A stretch of 17,312 bases of DNA from contig CAZEBC010000075.1 in assembly GCA_964510165.1 (NCBI GenBank), positions 1-17,312 of the forward strand, in the 5' to 3' direction. Both the position numbers and the translations under genes were made by a program. Below, piece after piece: positions 5,591 through 13,774 of this stretch. Below the pieces are notes generated by a model. That model ran no database searches and was not told the origin of the DNA. It was given only the letters and a program-made list of their open reading frames with translations. Numbering within the stretch: the stretch's first letter is position 1; each line of letters opens with the position of its first letter. This stretch comes from an uncultured bacterium. GTDB taxonomy: Bacteria > Abyssobacteria > SURF-5.

Positions 5591-7288
5591 ATGTTGTTGA
5601 ACCCCAAGAAACACGTTCGTGAATATCCTGACGAAACATCCAGAGAAATCATGCGCAAGACCATCAAGTTCTTCGAGAAAAAGGGAAAGAACAAGATCAA
5701 GGAGGACGACCACAAGAAAGTCTGGTACGCGGATTTTCTTGATTTCGTCAAGCAGGAGAAGATCTTCGCCACACTTCTCACGCCCTCCAGTTATGGCGAC
5801 GGACCAGACTTTCGCTGGGACACCTGGAGAAACTGCGAGTTCAATGAGATTCTCGGTTTCTACGGCCTCTGCTATTGGTACACCTGGCAGGTCTCCATCC
5901 TGGGGCTCGGCCCCATCTGGATGAGCGACAACGAGGAACTTAAGCTGAAAGCGGCGCACCTGCTCAAACAAGGCGCCATCTTCGCGTTCGGCCTCTCCGA
6001 GAAGGAACACGGCGCGGACGTCTATTCGACCGGAATGACGCTTACGCCTCAGCCCGACGGGACCTTCAAGGCCAACGGCGAAAAGTATTACATCGGCAAC
6101 GCCAATGAGGCGCCCATGATCTCGACCTTCGGCAAGATGGCCGACACCGGCGATTACGTTTTCTTCGTGGTCGACTCAAGACACGAGAAGTTCGAGCTCA
6201 AGAAGAATGTGGTCGATTCCCAGAATTATGTCGCCAATTTCGCGCTCAACGATTATCCCATCACCAAGGCCGATATCCTGCTCATGGGCAAGGACGCCTG
6301 GAACGCCGCGCTCAACACCGTCAATGTCGGCAAGTACAACCTCGGCTGGGCCTCCATCGGAATATGCACTCATGCCATGTACGAGGCCATCAACCACGCC
6401 GCCAACCGCCGCCTTTACAACATGTATGTGACCGACTTCCCGCATGTCAAACAGATGTTCACCGACGCCTACGCGCGGCTCATGGCGATGAAACTCTTCG
6501 CGCTCCGGGCTGCCGATTACATGCGCACCGCCTCTCCCGCCGACAGACGCTACCTGCTCTACAATTCCGTCGTCAAGATGAAGGTCACCACCCAGGGCGA
6601 GGAAGTTATAACGCTCCTCTGGGATGTCATCGCCGCCAAGGGGTTCGAGAAGGACATGTATTTCGAGATGGCCGCCAGGGACATACGCGCGCTGCCCAGG
6701 CTCGAGGGCACCGTCCACGTCAACATCGCCCTCATCCTGAAATTCATGCCGAATTACTTCCTCAATCCCGGGCAACTCCCCGACATATCAAGACAGATGG
6801 AACCCCGCAGCGACGACTTTCTCTTCAGGCAGGGACCCACGCGCGGCCTGGGGAATGTCCAGTTCCACGACTACAACATCGCCTACGACAGCTATGACCT
6901 GCCCAACGTCAACAGGTTCAAGGAGCAGATTGAGGTATTCAAGGAGTTTTTGATGACCGCCCCGCCCACCGCCGAACAGCAGCAGGACACCGATTTCATC
7001 ATGAGCCTGGGCGAGTTGTTCACCTTGATAGTGTACGGGCAGCTTATTCTCGAGAACGCGAAGATTTACAGCGTTGAGAATGACCTGGTGGACCAGATGT
7101 TCGATTTCATGGTGAGGGATTTCTCAAAGTACGCACTCGATGTCCATGGCAAGCAGAGCAGCACACCCGAGCAAATGGCCCTCTGTATGAAGATGATTCG
7201 CAAGCCCGTGGCCAACGGGGATCGCTACAGCAACGTCTGGCAAAACCACGTGCTCGCGCTCAAGAACCTGTATGAGATGAATCCGTGA
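5591..7288 (+). CDS. Acyl-CoA dehydrogenase (extended, about 565 aa)
   Basis: ATG 5591 after GAGAGGTG; AFGLSEKEHGAD, NGEKYYIGN, and C-terminal catalytic-Glu region RDIRALPRLEGTVHVN. Confidence 0.95.
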   Translation: MLLNPKKHVREYPDETSREIMRKTIKFFEKKGKNKIKEDDHKKVWYADFLDFVKQEKIFATLLTPSSYGDGPDFRWDTWRNCEFNEILGFYGLCYWYTWQVSILGLGPIWMSDNEELKLKAAHLLKQGAIFAFGLSEKEHGADVYSTGMTLTPQPDGTFKANGEKYYIGNANEAPMISTFGKMADTGDYVFFVVDSRHEKFELKKNVVDSQNYVANFALNDYPITKADILLMGKDAWNAALNTVNVGKYNLGWASIGICTHAMYEAINHAANRRLYNMYVTDFPHVKQMFTDAYARLMAMKLFALRAADYMRTASPADRRYLLYNSVVKMKVTTQGEEVITLLWDVIAAKGFEKDMYFEMAARDIRALPRLEGTVHVNIALILKFMPNYFLNPGQLPDISRQMEPRSDDFLFRQGPTRGLGNVQFHDYNIAYDSYDLPNVNRFKEQIEVFKEFLMTAPPTAEQQQDTDFIMSLGELFTLIVYGQLILENAKIYSVENDLVDQMFDFMVRDFSKYALDVHGKQSSTPEQMALCMKMIRKPVANGDRYSNVWQNHVLALKNLYEMNP

Positions 7289-7330
7289 CCGCCGGGATTT
7301 ACAACCTGTGGCGACGTTTTCCGCAACTGA

Positions 7331-7352
7331 GTAGGTGCGAATTTGTTCGCAC
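7331..7352. repeat. GTAG-type REP palindrome
   Basis: GTAG-GTGCGAA-TTTG-TTCGCAC; a degenerate relative lies at 11931-11952 (GTGGGCGCCCATTCATTCGCAC). Confidence 0.7.
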
Positions 7353-7363
7353 GAATGAAGTTA

Positions 7364-7396
7364 ACCCTCTCCCTCTGGGAGAGGGTCTGGGTGAGG
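7364..7396. repeat. CCCTCTCCC-N3-GGGAGAGGG REP-like palindrome
   Basis: ACCCTCTCCC-TCT-GGGAGAGGGT followed by CTGGGTGAGG. Confidence 0.75.
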
Positions 7397-7426
7397 CAAA
7401 CAAAAGAACAAGCACCACCGTCCCTT

Positions 7427-7451
7427 TAGGGGCGCAGCATGCTGCGCCCTA
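7427..7451. repeat. REP-like perfect palindrome between convergent genes
   Basis: 20-bp perfect palindrome GGGCGCAGCATGCTGCGCCC (7430-7449) flanked by TAG...TA. Confidence 0.75.
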
Positions 7452-7461
7452 GATGAGCCCA

Positions 7462-9084
7462 TTACTTGAACAGCACAGCCTCGATCTCCGGGTCCTGCGG
7501 CTTCACTCTTACCTTCATCGCTTCGGCGGAGTATGAACTGGCCAGCCGATTCCTTGCATCGGGACTCAGCGTCTCGAAGAATCTCTTCGTGAACGCCATT
7601 TGTCCTTTTCCGGCACTGCTGCACATGCGCGCCGCGTTATTCACCACGGCGCCTATCAGCGTATAGTCCAGCCGCACCTCTTGTCCCATATCGCCCATAA
7701 TCACCTCTCCGAAGTCGCACCCGATGCCGACAGGGAGCAAGCCGCCGCTTGCAATGGCCTCGTGTATCTTCATGGACGCGACAGCGCAGTCGGAGAGCTT
7801 GTAGTCGGGGAAATATGCCAGTATGCCGTCACCCATGAGCTTATTGACACGGCCTCCGCACGAATTTATTGTTCTCGACGTGAGTTCGTATTGCCTGTTA
7901 AGCATCAGCACCACGTCGTCGGGGGATCTGTCGGCGCTCCATTTCGTGAACTCTCGAATATCTATGAACATGACGGCCACGTTTGTCTTGAAAGCCTGCA
8001 AGCCGCGCTTCACCACGTCGCCGACCTTCGTATCGGTCCCGAAGCGCATGCCGTATTGCCTGCTTAGGAACCTCCTCCGAATGGAGTCCAATATCTGCGT
8101 GGTTTGTAGAGACCAGATGTTGTTCCACTCATGCTCCTGGCTGTATGTCAACGGATTCGCGACGCCCAATTCCTTCGCCTTTTCTGATACGGTGTCTATC
8201 AACAGCGCGAGCGTCGACGGCCCTTCCGCCATCGCCGCCTTCATCAGTTCCTGCAATGTGCCCGCGTCTATCTCCTTCTTCAACCAATACTCAAGCCATG
8301 CCTTTCCCACTCTGTAAAGCTCCTCTATCCTTCCGGTCGAAGGTTTGTTCCTTAATTCCTGCACGAGCTGTCCCGGCTCGACCTCAAGCAGCATGTTCAG
8401 GAACTTTTCGACGTTATCCTGTATGATCCCGCCATGCTGCGGCAGTATCCTTTCCAGCTTGAGAGTCTTGATCTTCTCATACGCATACAGCACCGGCTCT
8501 TTCGCTGCGATATAGTGCTCGATGAAACTTTTGGCCAGCGGCACGTACGACTCGTCCGCGTACAGGCTCCATTCCCGGCTGAACACCGCGAAGATATCGC
8601 TCGAGAACAAGGACGCCGTCTTCTCGTCGTAACTCATCATGTTGCCCGCAAAATGGAGATACGGCGCATGATAAAAGAAGATTCGCCTGCCCGACTTCAT
8701 CCTCAGCGAGTCGCCGTCACCCAGCGGCAGCACGCCCTTCCTGACCCCGTAATACGGAACGAACAGCGAGGTCCTCGGATGACTCATGATCACGAGGTCG
8801 GGGTGCAGCGAATTCTCGATGAAGGGGATCAATCCGCACAAGTCGGGGTCCTGATGATGGACAACGATATACTTTATCCGCTCCGGACTCACCACCTGCT
8901 CGATCTTTTGAAGGATAAGGTCCCGGAAAAGCGGATGGCCCGGCCCCGGATCGAAGAGCACGGCCTCCTCCTCATCCACCAACAAATAGGGGTTGTTCGA
9001 GAAGCCAGCCTCGTAATCCGCAAACCCCACCCACCAGATGTCATCCGCTATCTTGATAGCATTCGAGTCATCAAGCTTCCTCAT
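7462..9084 (-). CDS. ODP-like (MBL-fold di-iron) sensor domain fused to a class III adenylate cyclase, 540 aa
   Basis: ATG 9084 with RBS GGAGG. N-terminal: IWWVG, NPYLL...LFDPG, HHQDPDLCG, HFAGN, LFSSDIF, PQHG. C-terminal: MFIDIREFT, VNKLMGDGILAYF, GIGCDFGEVIMG, DYTLIGAVVNNAARM. Confidence 0.9.
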   Translation of the reverse strand: MRKLDDSNAIKIADDIWWVGFADYEAGFSNNPYLLVDEEEAVLFDPGPGHPLFRDLILQKIEQVVSPERIKYIVVHHQDPDLCGLIPFIENSLHPDLVIMSHPRTSLFVPYYGVRKGVLPLGDGDSLRMKSGRRIFFYHAPYLHFAGNMMSYDEKTASLFSSDIFAVFSREWSLYADESYVPLAKSFIEHYIAAKEPVLYAYEKIKTLKLERILPQHGGIIQDNVEKFLNMLLEVEPGQLVQELRNKPSTGRIEELYRVGKAWLEYWLKKEIDAGTLQELMKAAMAEGPSTLALLIDTVSEKAKELGVANPLTYSQEHEWNNIWSLQTTQILDSIRRRFLSRQYGMRFGTDTKVGDVVKRGLQAFKTNVAVMFIDIREFTKWSADRSPDDVVLMLNRQYELTSRTINSCGGRVNKLMGDGILAYFPDYKLSDCAVASMKIHEAIASGGLLPVGIGCDFGEVIMGDMGQEVRLDYTLIGAVVNNAARMCSSAGKGQMAFTKRFFETLSPDARNRLASSYSAEAMKVRVKPQDPEIEAVLFK

Positions 9085-9178
9085 CGCCTTACCCTCCTCT
9101 CCTGGTGACACGCAACAACACATCAATTAAATTATGCCACCAAAATGACGGATATGACGGAGGGACGCGAAGATGTCA

Positions 9179-9241
9179 TTAACCACCAAGACACAAAGAG
9201 CACCGAGAACTCACGAAGTTCTTGGTGCCGCCGGTGGTTAA
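9179..9241. repeat. Long hairpin-forming CACCAAGACACAAAG-type repeat element (possible terminator)
   Basis: Outer arms TTAACCACC/GGTGGTTAA, inner arms GCACCGAGAACT/AGTTCTTGGTGC; starts about 10 nt past the VOC gene stop. Confidence 0.65.
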
Positions 9242-9250
9242 GAATACTCG

Positions 9251-9829
9251 CTACTCGCCCAGCGCGTCCTCCAGGTCCTTCGCCATGTCCCTTATCTCTT
9301 CCCTGCTCATCGAAAGCTTCAACTCGGTTCCGCCCGGATGATGAAGGCTCAGCTCGTAGCCGTCCCCATCGGGCTTGATCTTCCAGCGTTTCCCTTGTGC
9401 GCGTTTGACCGGCTCCACGGTGTGATACTCCGGGCCAGCCTGGAAAATCTGAATGAGCACCCCAAATGCGTCTCTCGGATGAATGAAAAGCTCCGACCAG
9501 AGTTCCGGATATTCCGTGAACCCGAAGTATGGAATGCCTTTTTCCTCCAGATGCTTCTTGAACTCGTGGATGTCCGGCGTCTCCATGGTGATATGATGCG
9601 CGCCGCCGTCCCTCTCCTTCAGGAAATTCTTCAAAAAGCTTTGCTCGCCCGTCGGCGTTATCAGCTCAAGCCGCGACATGTCTCCCATCGTAAAGATATC
9701 CCAGAAATAGTGCAGAACCGAATCCTCCATCGAGGCGACCGATCTCGCCCCGAACGCCTTCTCAAAAAACGCTCTGGCACGCTCGTAATCCTTCACCGCT
9801 ATCGAAACATGGTCAATCCTCGTTATCAT
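9251..9829 (-). CDS. VOC family protein, methylmalonyl-CoA epimerase-like, with a C-terminal extension
   Basis: RIDHVSIAVKD, RLELITP, FL..FLKER.GGAHHIT and FIHPRDAFGVLIQ, then about 55 extra residues. Confidence 0.85.
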   Translation of the reverse strand: MITRIDHVSIAVKDYERARAFFEKAFGARSVASMEDSVLHYFWDIFTMGDMSRLELITPTGEQSFLKNFLKERDGGAHHITMETPDIHEFKKHLEEKGIPYFGFTEYPELWSELFIHPRDAFGVLIQIFQAGPEYHTVEPVKRAQGKRWKIKPDGDGYELSLHHPGGTELKLSMSREEIRDMAKDLEDALGE

Positions 9830-9888
9830 CGTGTCATTCTCCCAACTCCCTTTGCGTCTTGGCGGTGAAAAGAAATCTTGTCCGGAAC

Positions 9889-11889
9889 CTACAGCTTTCT
9901 CCCCGCCGCGTGGCCCTGATGGACCGCCTCGAAGGCCGTGCCCACCTGGCCGGCGTCGCCCACTACCTCATACGGGATGCCCGTTTTGTCAAGCATTTCC
10001 TTCAGCGGATTGTACGAGCGGGCGCCCGCCGCAATGACTACCGTGTCCGCCGGCATCTCCTCAACTGCGCCGTTCCGCTCGACCTTCACGCCGGTCTCCG
10101 TTATTTCGAGCGCGCGCGTCTGAACGTCGGTCACAACGCCGAGCCGCGACAAGTCCTGCAGCATTCCCCAGCGCGTGGACCGGCCGATGTCTTTGCCCAC
10201 CTTGTCAATCATCTCGATGACCGTCACCTGCTTTGTCCCGCGCGACGCCAGTTCATACAGCGTGTCGGCGTCCTCGGCCTTGTTCAACAGGAGGAACTTG
10301 AGCGCGTCGCCGGGGAGCGTGCCCTTCTCGGCGAGGAACAGTGCGGTCTCCACGCCCACGGCGCCGCCGCCGATGACGACCACCCTGCGGCCCGTCACGA
10401 CTTTGTCCAGCAATACGTCCCACGCCTGAACCACATTGGGAAGGTCCGAACCCGGAATGGGAGGCGCAAGCGGTTCCGCTCCCGTCGCGACTATGATCGC
10501 GTCGGGCTTCTCTTTCTTGATGAGCTTCGCGTCCACCGCCTGGTTGAGCGCCACGCGCACGCCTTTCACGGCAAGCTGTTTCTCAAGGTCTCTCGCGAGT
10601 TCCAAAAACTCCTCGCGCCCCGGCGGGGCCGATGCAAGATGTAGCTGTCCGCCCAGGCTGCCGGTCTTCTCATACAGGGTGACCGAATGCCCTCTCTCCT
10701 TGGCCGCCAGCGCGGCGCTCATCCCCGCCGGTCCGCCCCCAATCACCATCACCTTCTTGGATTTCCGCGCCTTCCTCACCTTATATTCCGCTTCGTGGCC
10801 GGCCTTCGGATTGCACATGCACTCAACTGGCTTCAACTCGAACAGATGATCGAAACACCCCTGCGCGCATGCGATGCAGTGAACGATCTCGTCATCCCTT
10901 CTGGCCTTCATCTTTTTCGGCAAATGCGGGTCGGCAATGAGGCTCCGGCCCATCCCCACCATGTCGCACATGCCGTCGGCGATAAGCTGCCTCGCGACCG
11001 CCGGATCGTTTATCCGATGACTCGCGATGACCGGCACGTTCACCTTCTCTTTGATTCCCCTCGAGAGATAGGCGAATGCGGCGCGCGGCACAAACGAGAC
11101 TATCTGAGGGACTCTCGCCTCGTGCCAGCCCACGTTGATGCACAATGCGTCAACGCCGTTCTTGACGAGCGCCTCGGCGTACTGCCGAAGTTCATGACGC
11201 CCCTGCCCGCCCGGCATGAAATCGTTTCCATTCATCCGGACAATCAACGGGTAATCGTTTCCCACCTTCGCGCGGATCGCGCGCACGATCTCAAGCCCGA
11301 ACCGCATCCGGTTCTCATATGATCCCCCATATTCGTCGGTGCGCTGGTTCGTGATGGGGGAGAGGAACTCGCTTATCAGATAGCCGGTGCCGCTCAGCAC
11401 CTCGACCGCCTCAAAGCCCGCCTTCTTCCCCCGTGCCGCCGCCAGGGCGAACGCCTCGATCGTCTGCTTGATCTCGTCAATCGTCAACTCGCGCGGCGTC
11501 TCCTTCGTCATCCGCGAGGCCACCGCCGAGGGGGCGACGGGCTGCTTGCCGCCCATGAAAAACGAAATATTGTAGCGGCCTGCATGGTTGATCTGCATCG
11601 CGGCCCGCGCGCCATTCTTCTTGATGGCCCCGGCCAGCCGCGACAGGCCGGGGATGAACTCATCCTTGTGCGCGCCGATGTTCTGCGTGTTGCCCGAGTA
11701 CTCATCCACCGTGGCGTAACCCACGCAGATCATGCCCGCTCCGCCTCGGGCGCGCTCGGCATAGAACTCCACAATCTGGTCGGTCACCTCGAAATCGGCC
11801 GCCATCCCCAGGTGCATCGCAGGCATATAGATTCGGTTCTTGATTTCCAGTTTGTTGATCTTGATAGGTTCGAATACTGGGTCTTTCAT
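9889..11889 (-). CDS. FadH-like 2,4-dienoyl-CoA reductase / OYE-family flavin Fe-S oxidoreductase
   Basis: OYE barrel (KNRIYMPAM, ERARGG, GYLISEFLSP..N.RTDEYGGS.ENRMRF, GWHEARVP), 4Fe-4S motif CIACAQGC...C, FAD GGGPAG, NAD(P) GGGAVG; RBS AAGGAGG. Confidence 0.92.
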   Translation of the reverse strand: MKDPVFEPIKINKLEIKNRIYMPAMHLGMAADFEVTDQIVEFYAERARGGAGMICVGYATVDEYSGNTQNIGAHKDEFIPGLSRLAGAIKKNGARAAMQINHAGRYNISFFMGGKQPVAPSAVASRMTKETPRELTIDEIKQTIEAFALAAARGKKAGFEAVEVLSGTGYLISEFLSPITNQRTDEYGGSYENRMRFGLEIVRAIRAKVGNDYPLIVRMNGNDFMPGGQGRHELRQYAEALVKNGVDALCINVGWHEARVPQIVSFVPRAAFAYLSRGIKEKVNVPVIASHRINDPAVARQLIADGMCDMVGMGRSLIADPHLPKKMKARRDDEIVHCIACAQGCFDHLFELKPVECMCNPKAGHEAEYKVRKARKSKKVMVIGGGPAGMSAALAAKERGHSVTLYEKTGSLGGQLHLASAPPGREEFLELARDLEKQLAVKGVRVALNQAVDAKLIKKEKPDAIIVATGAEPLAPPIPGSDLPNVVQAWDVLLDKVVTGRRVVVIGGGAVGVETALFLAEKGTLPGDALKFLLLNKAEDADTLYELASRGTKQVTVIEMIDKVGKDIGRSTRWGMLQDLSRLGVVTDVQTRALEITETGVKVERNGAVEEMPADTVVIAAGARSYNPLKEMLDKTGIPYEVVGDAGQVGTAFEAVHQGHAAGRKL

Positions 11890-11968
11890 GCTGCCTCCTT
11901 ATGGATTTCAAAATATGTCAAAGCTCGGCTGTGGGCGCCCATTCATTCGCACATCTCTCGATACCACG

Positions 11969-11998
11969 ATAATATGTTCTCCCGAACCGATAAGTCAA
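11969..11998 (-). promoter_or_regulatory. Possible sigma70 promoter for the FadH-like gene
   Basis: TTGACT, 18 nt, TATTAT on the minus strand. Confidence 0.45.
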
Positions 11999-12116
11999 AC
12001 TCCATCGCGCCCATCGCTTATCCATTGCATTTATTCTCAAACAAGGACACAATTTTACTAAGTGTATCGCCTCGCACTGGACCATTCAAACGCCGCCATT
12101 GGTTAATGGAGAATAC

Positions 12117-13196
12117 ATGGATATGGACAACTGTCGCGACTCACAAGACATAAACGAGAAGACTGGGAAATCAGACCGCAGAAGATTCATCGCGTATTCT
12201 GTCGGGGCCGGCGCTGTACTGGCCGGCGTCGCTCTCGGAGCGCGGCATTTCAACGGTTCAACCAAGGAGTCAAACGCCCAAGTCTTGCCCCAGGCCGCGG
12301 CGCCCACCGGCGCAGCCCGCGTGGTCGTCGTGCGAAACGCCAGTCTTTTCGGGGGCGGCGGGCAACCGCACCTCGAACAACTGCGGAAGATGCTCAGGGT
12401 CGGAATGAACGGCCTGTTTGAGAGCGGGGAAGGCACAGCCGCGTGGCGAAGCCTGTTCTCTCCCGATGATGTGGTCGGCATCAAGGTCAATTGCATCGCC
12501 GGGCCTAACCTCTCCAGTCATCCTCTCCTCATAGAGGCGATTGTCTCCGAACTCGAAAAAGTGCCGATTCCCAGAGAGCGTATCATCGTATGGGACCGCA
12601 CCAACAAGGAACTCACCTCAGCCGGATACCGAATCAATGTTGACAGGCAAGGCCTCAGATGCTACGGCACCGACGCCGTCGGCTATGAGGAAAAGGCATC
12701 AGCCCGGCGCAGCTTCAACGGACGCCTGAGTAAGATTTTGACTCGCCGCATCAACGCCCTCATTAACGTGCCCATCCTGAAAAACCACGGCGGCGCGGGC
12801 GTCACCATCGCAATGAAGAACCATTACGGCTCGTTTCACAATCCGGCCGCCCATCACGGAAAGCAATGTGATCCGCACATCGCCGACCTGAATTCGCTCG
12901 ACGACATCAAGTCCAAGACCAGGCTCATTGTGTGCGACGCCACCCGCGCCGCCTGCAACGGCGGGCCGGGCCATAATCCGGCCTTTACATGGCAATACTC
13001 GGGAGTGGTCGTTTCCCGGGATCCCGTCGCCCTGGACACCGTGGGAACAAAGATCATCGAGGAGCGGCGCGCAGAGGTGCGCCTGCTCACCCTCGCCGAG
13101 AAAGGCCAATATCCCCGACAACTCGGCTCCGCCGACGAACGCGGCCTCGGCGTCTCCGACCTCAGCCGCATTGACCTGCGCACCCTTATGATATGA
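12117..13196 (+). CDS. Tat-exported DUF362 domain protein
   Basis: ATG 12117 after GGAG; twin-arginine DRRRFI plus hydrophobic stretch; DVVGIKVNC, LINVPILKNHGGAGVTIAMKNHYG and SRDPVALD. Confidence 0.88.
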   Translation: MDMDNCRDSQDINEKTGKSDRRRFIAYSVGAGAVLAGVALGARHFNGSTKESNAQVLPQAAAPTGAARVVVVRNASLFGGGGQPHLEQLRKMLRVGMNGLFESGEGTAAWRSLFSPDDVVGIKVNCIAGPNLSSHPLLIEAIVSELEKVPIPRERIIVWDRTNKELTSAGYRINVDRQGLRCYGTDAVGYEEKASARRSFNGRLSKILTRRINALINVPILKNHGGAGVTIAMKNHYGSFHNPAAHHGKQCDPHIADLNSLDDIKSKTRLIVCDATRAACNGGPGHNPAFTWQYSGVVVSRDPVALDTVGTKIIEERRAEVRLLTLAEKGQYPRQLGSADERGLGVSDLSRIDLRTLMI

Positions 13197-13327
13197 CGGC
13201 GTGGCGCTCGGCCCGTTCTGGATTTTCGCGCGAATTGGTGCTAGAATGTCGCCATCGTGTCGCTGTGTCACGCAATATCCTTTTCCGTTCACGTCGTATT
13301 CTTATCATCAAGCGTCGGAGGTCTGTC

Positions 13328-13774
13328 ATGACCATCAAGGAAAAAGTAGAGGCTGGCATCAAGGACGCGATGAAGGCGAAGGACCCCGAGCGACTTTCCG
13401 CCCTGCGAATGATCAAGGCCGAACTCCTGCTCAAGGAAAAGGAGACGGGCAAGAAACTCGAGGACGCCCAGGCCGAAGATGCGCTCCAGAAGATGTTCCG
13501 GAAATATAAGAAGGCCAAGGAGGAATACGAATCGCTCGGCAAGACCGACGTCGTCCAGCAGTACGAGCGCGACCTGAAGATTATCGAGAGCTTCATGGCC
13601 GCGCCCATGATGGACGAGGGCGCCATTCGCCAGGAGTTGGAAAAGCTGGCGGCGGACATGAGCGCCGTCCCCAAGGACTTCGGCAAGGTGATGAAAGCGT
13701 TCATGGCCGAGCACAAGAACGCCGACGGCAGAGTAGTTTCTTCGATACTAAGAGAAATCCTGGAAAAAACATAG
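13328..13774 (+). CDS. GatB/YqeY domain protein, 148 aa
   Basis: ATG 13328 after GGAGG; KDAMKAKD..RLSALRMIKAEL and KDFGKVMK...ADGR.VS. Confidence 0.9.
   Translation: MTIKEKVEAGIKDAMKAKDPERLSALRMIKAELLLKEKETGKKLEDAQAEDALQKMFRKYKKAKEEYESLGKTDVVQQYERDLKIIESFMAAPMMDEGAIRQELEKLAADMSAVPKDFGKVMKAFMAEHKNADGRVVSSILREILEKT

Noticed and set aside
7361-7624. 87-aa minus-strand ORF ending LPHPDPLPEGEG
   Set aside because: The C-terminus is just the translation of the CCCTCTCCC/GGGAGAGGG repeat, and the rest overlaps the cyclase gene out of frame.
13193-13327. N-terminal extensions given by the ORF track for YqeY (also 5558, 9126, 12099, 15360, 4473 and 816 for other genes)
   Set aside because: Downstream starts have clear RBSs and coincide with the start of family similarity.
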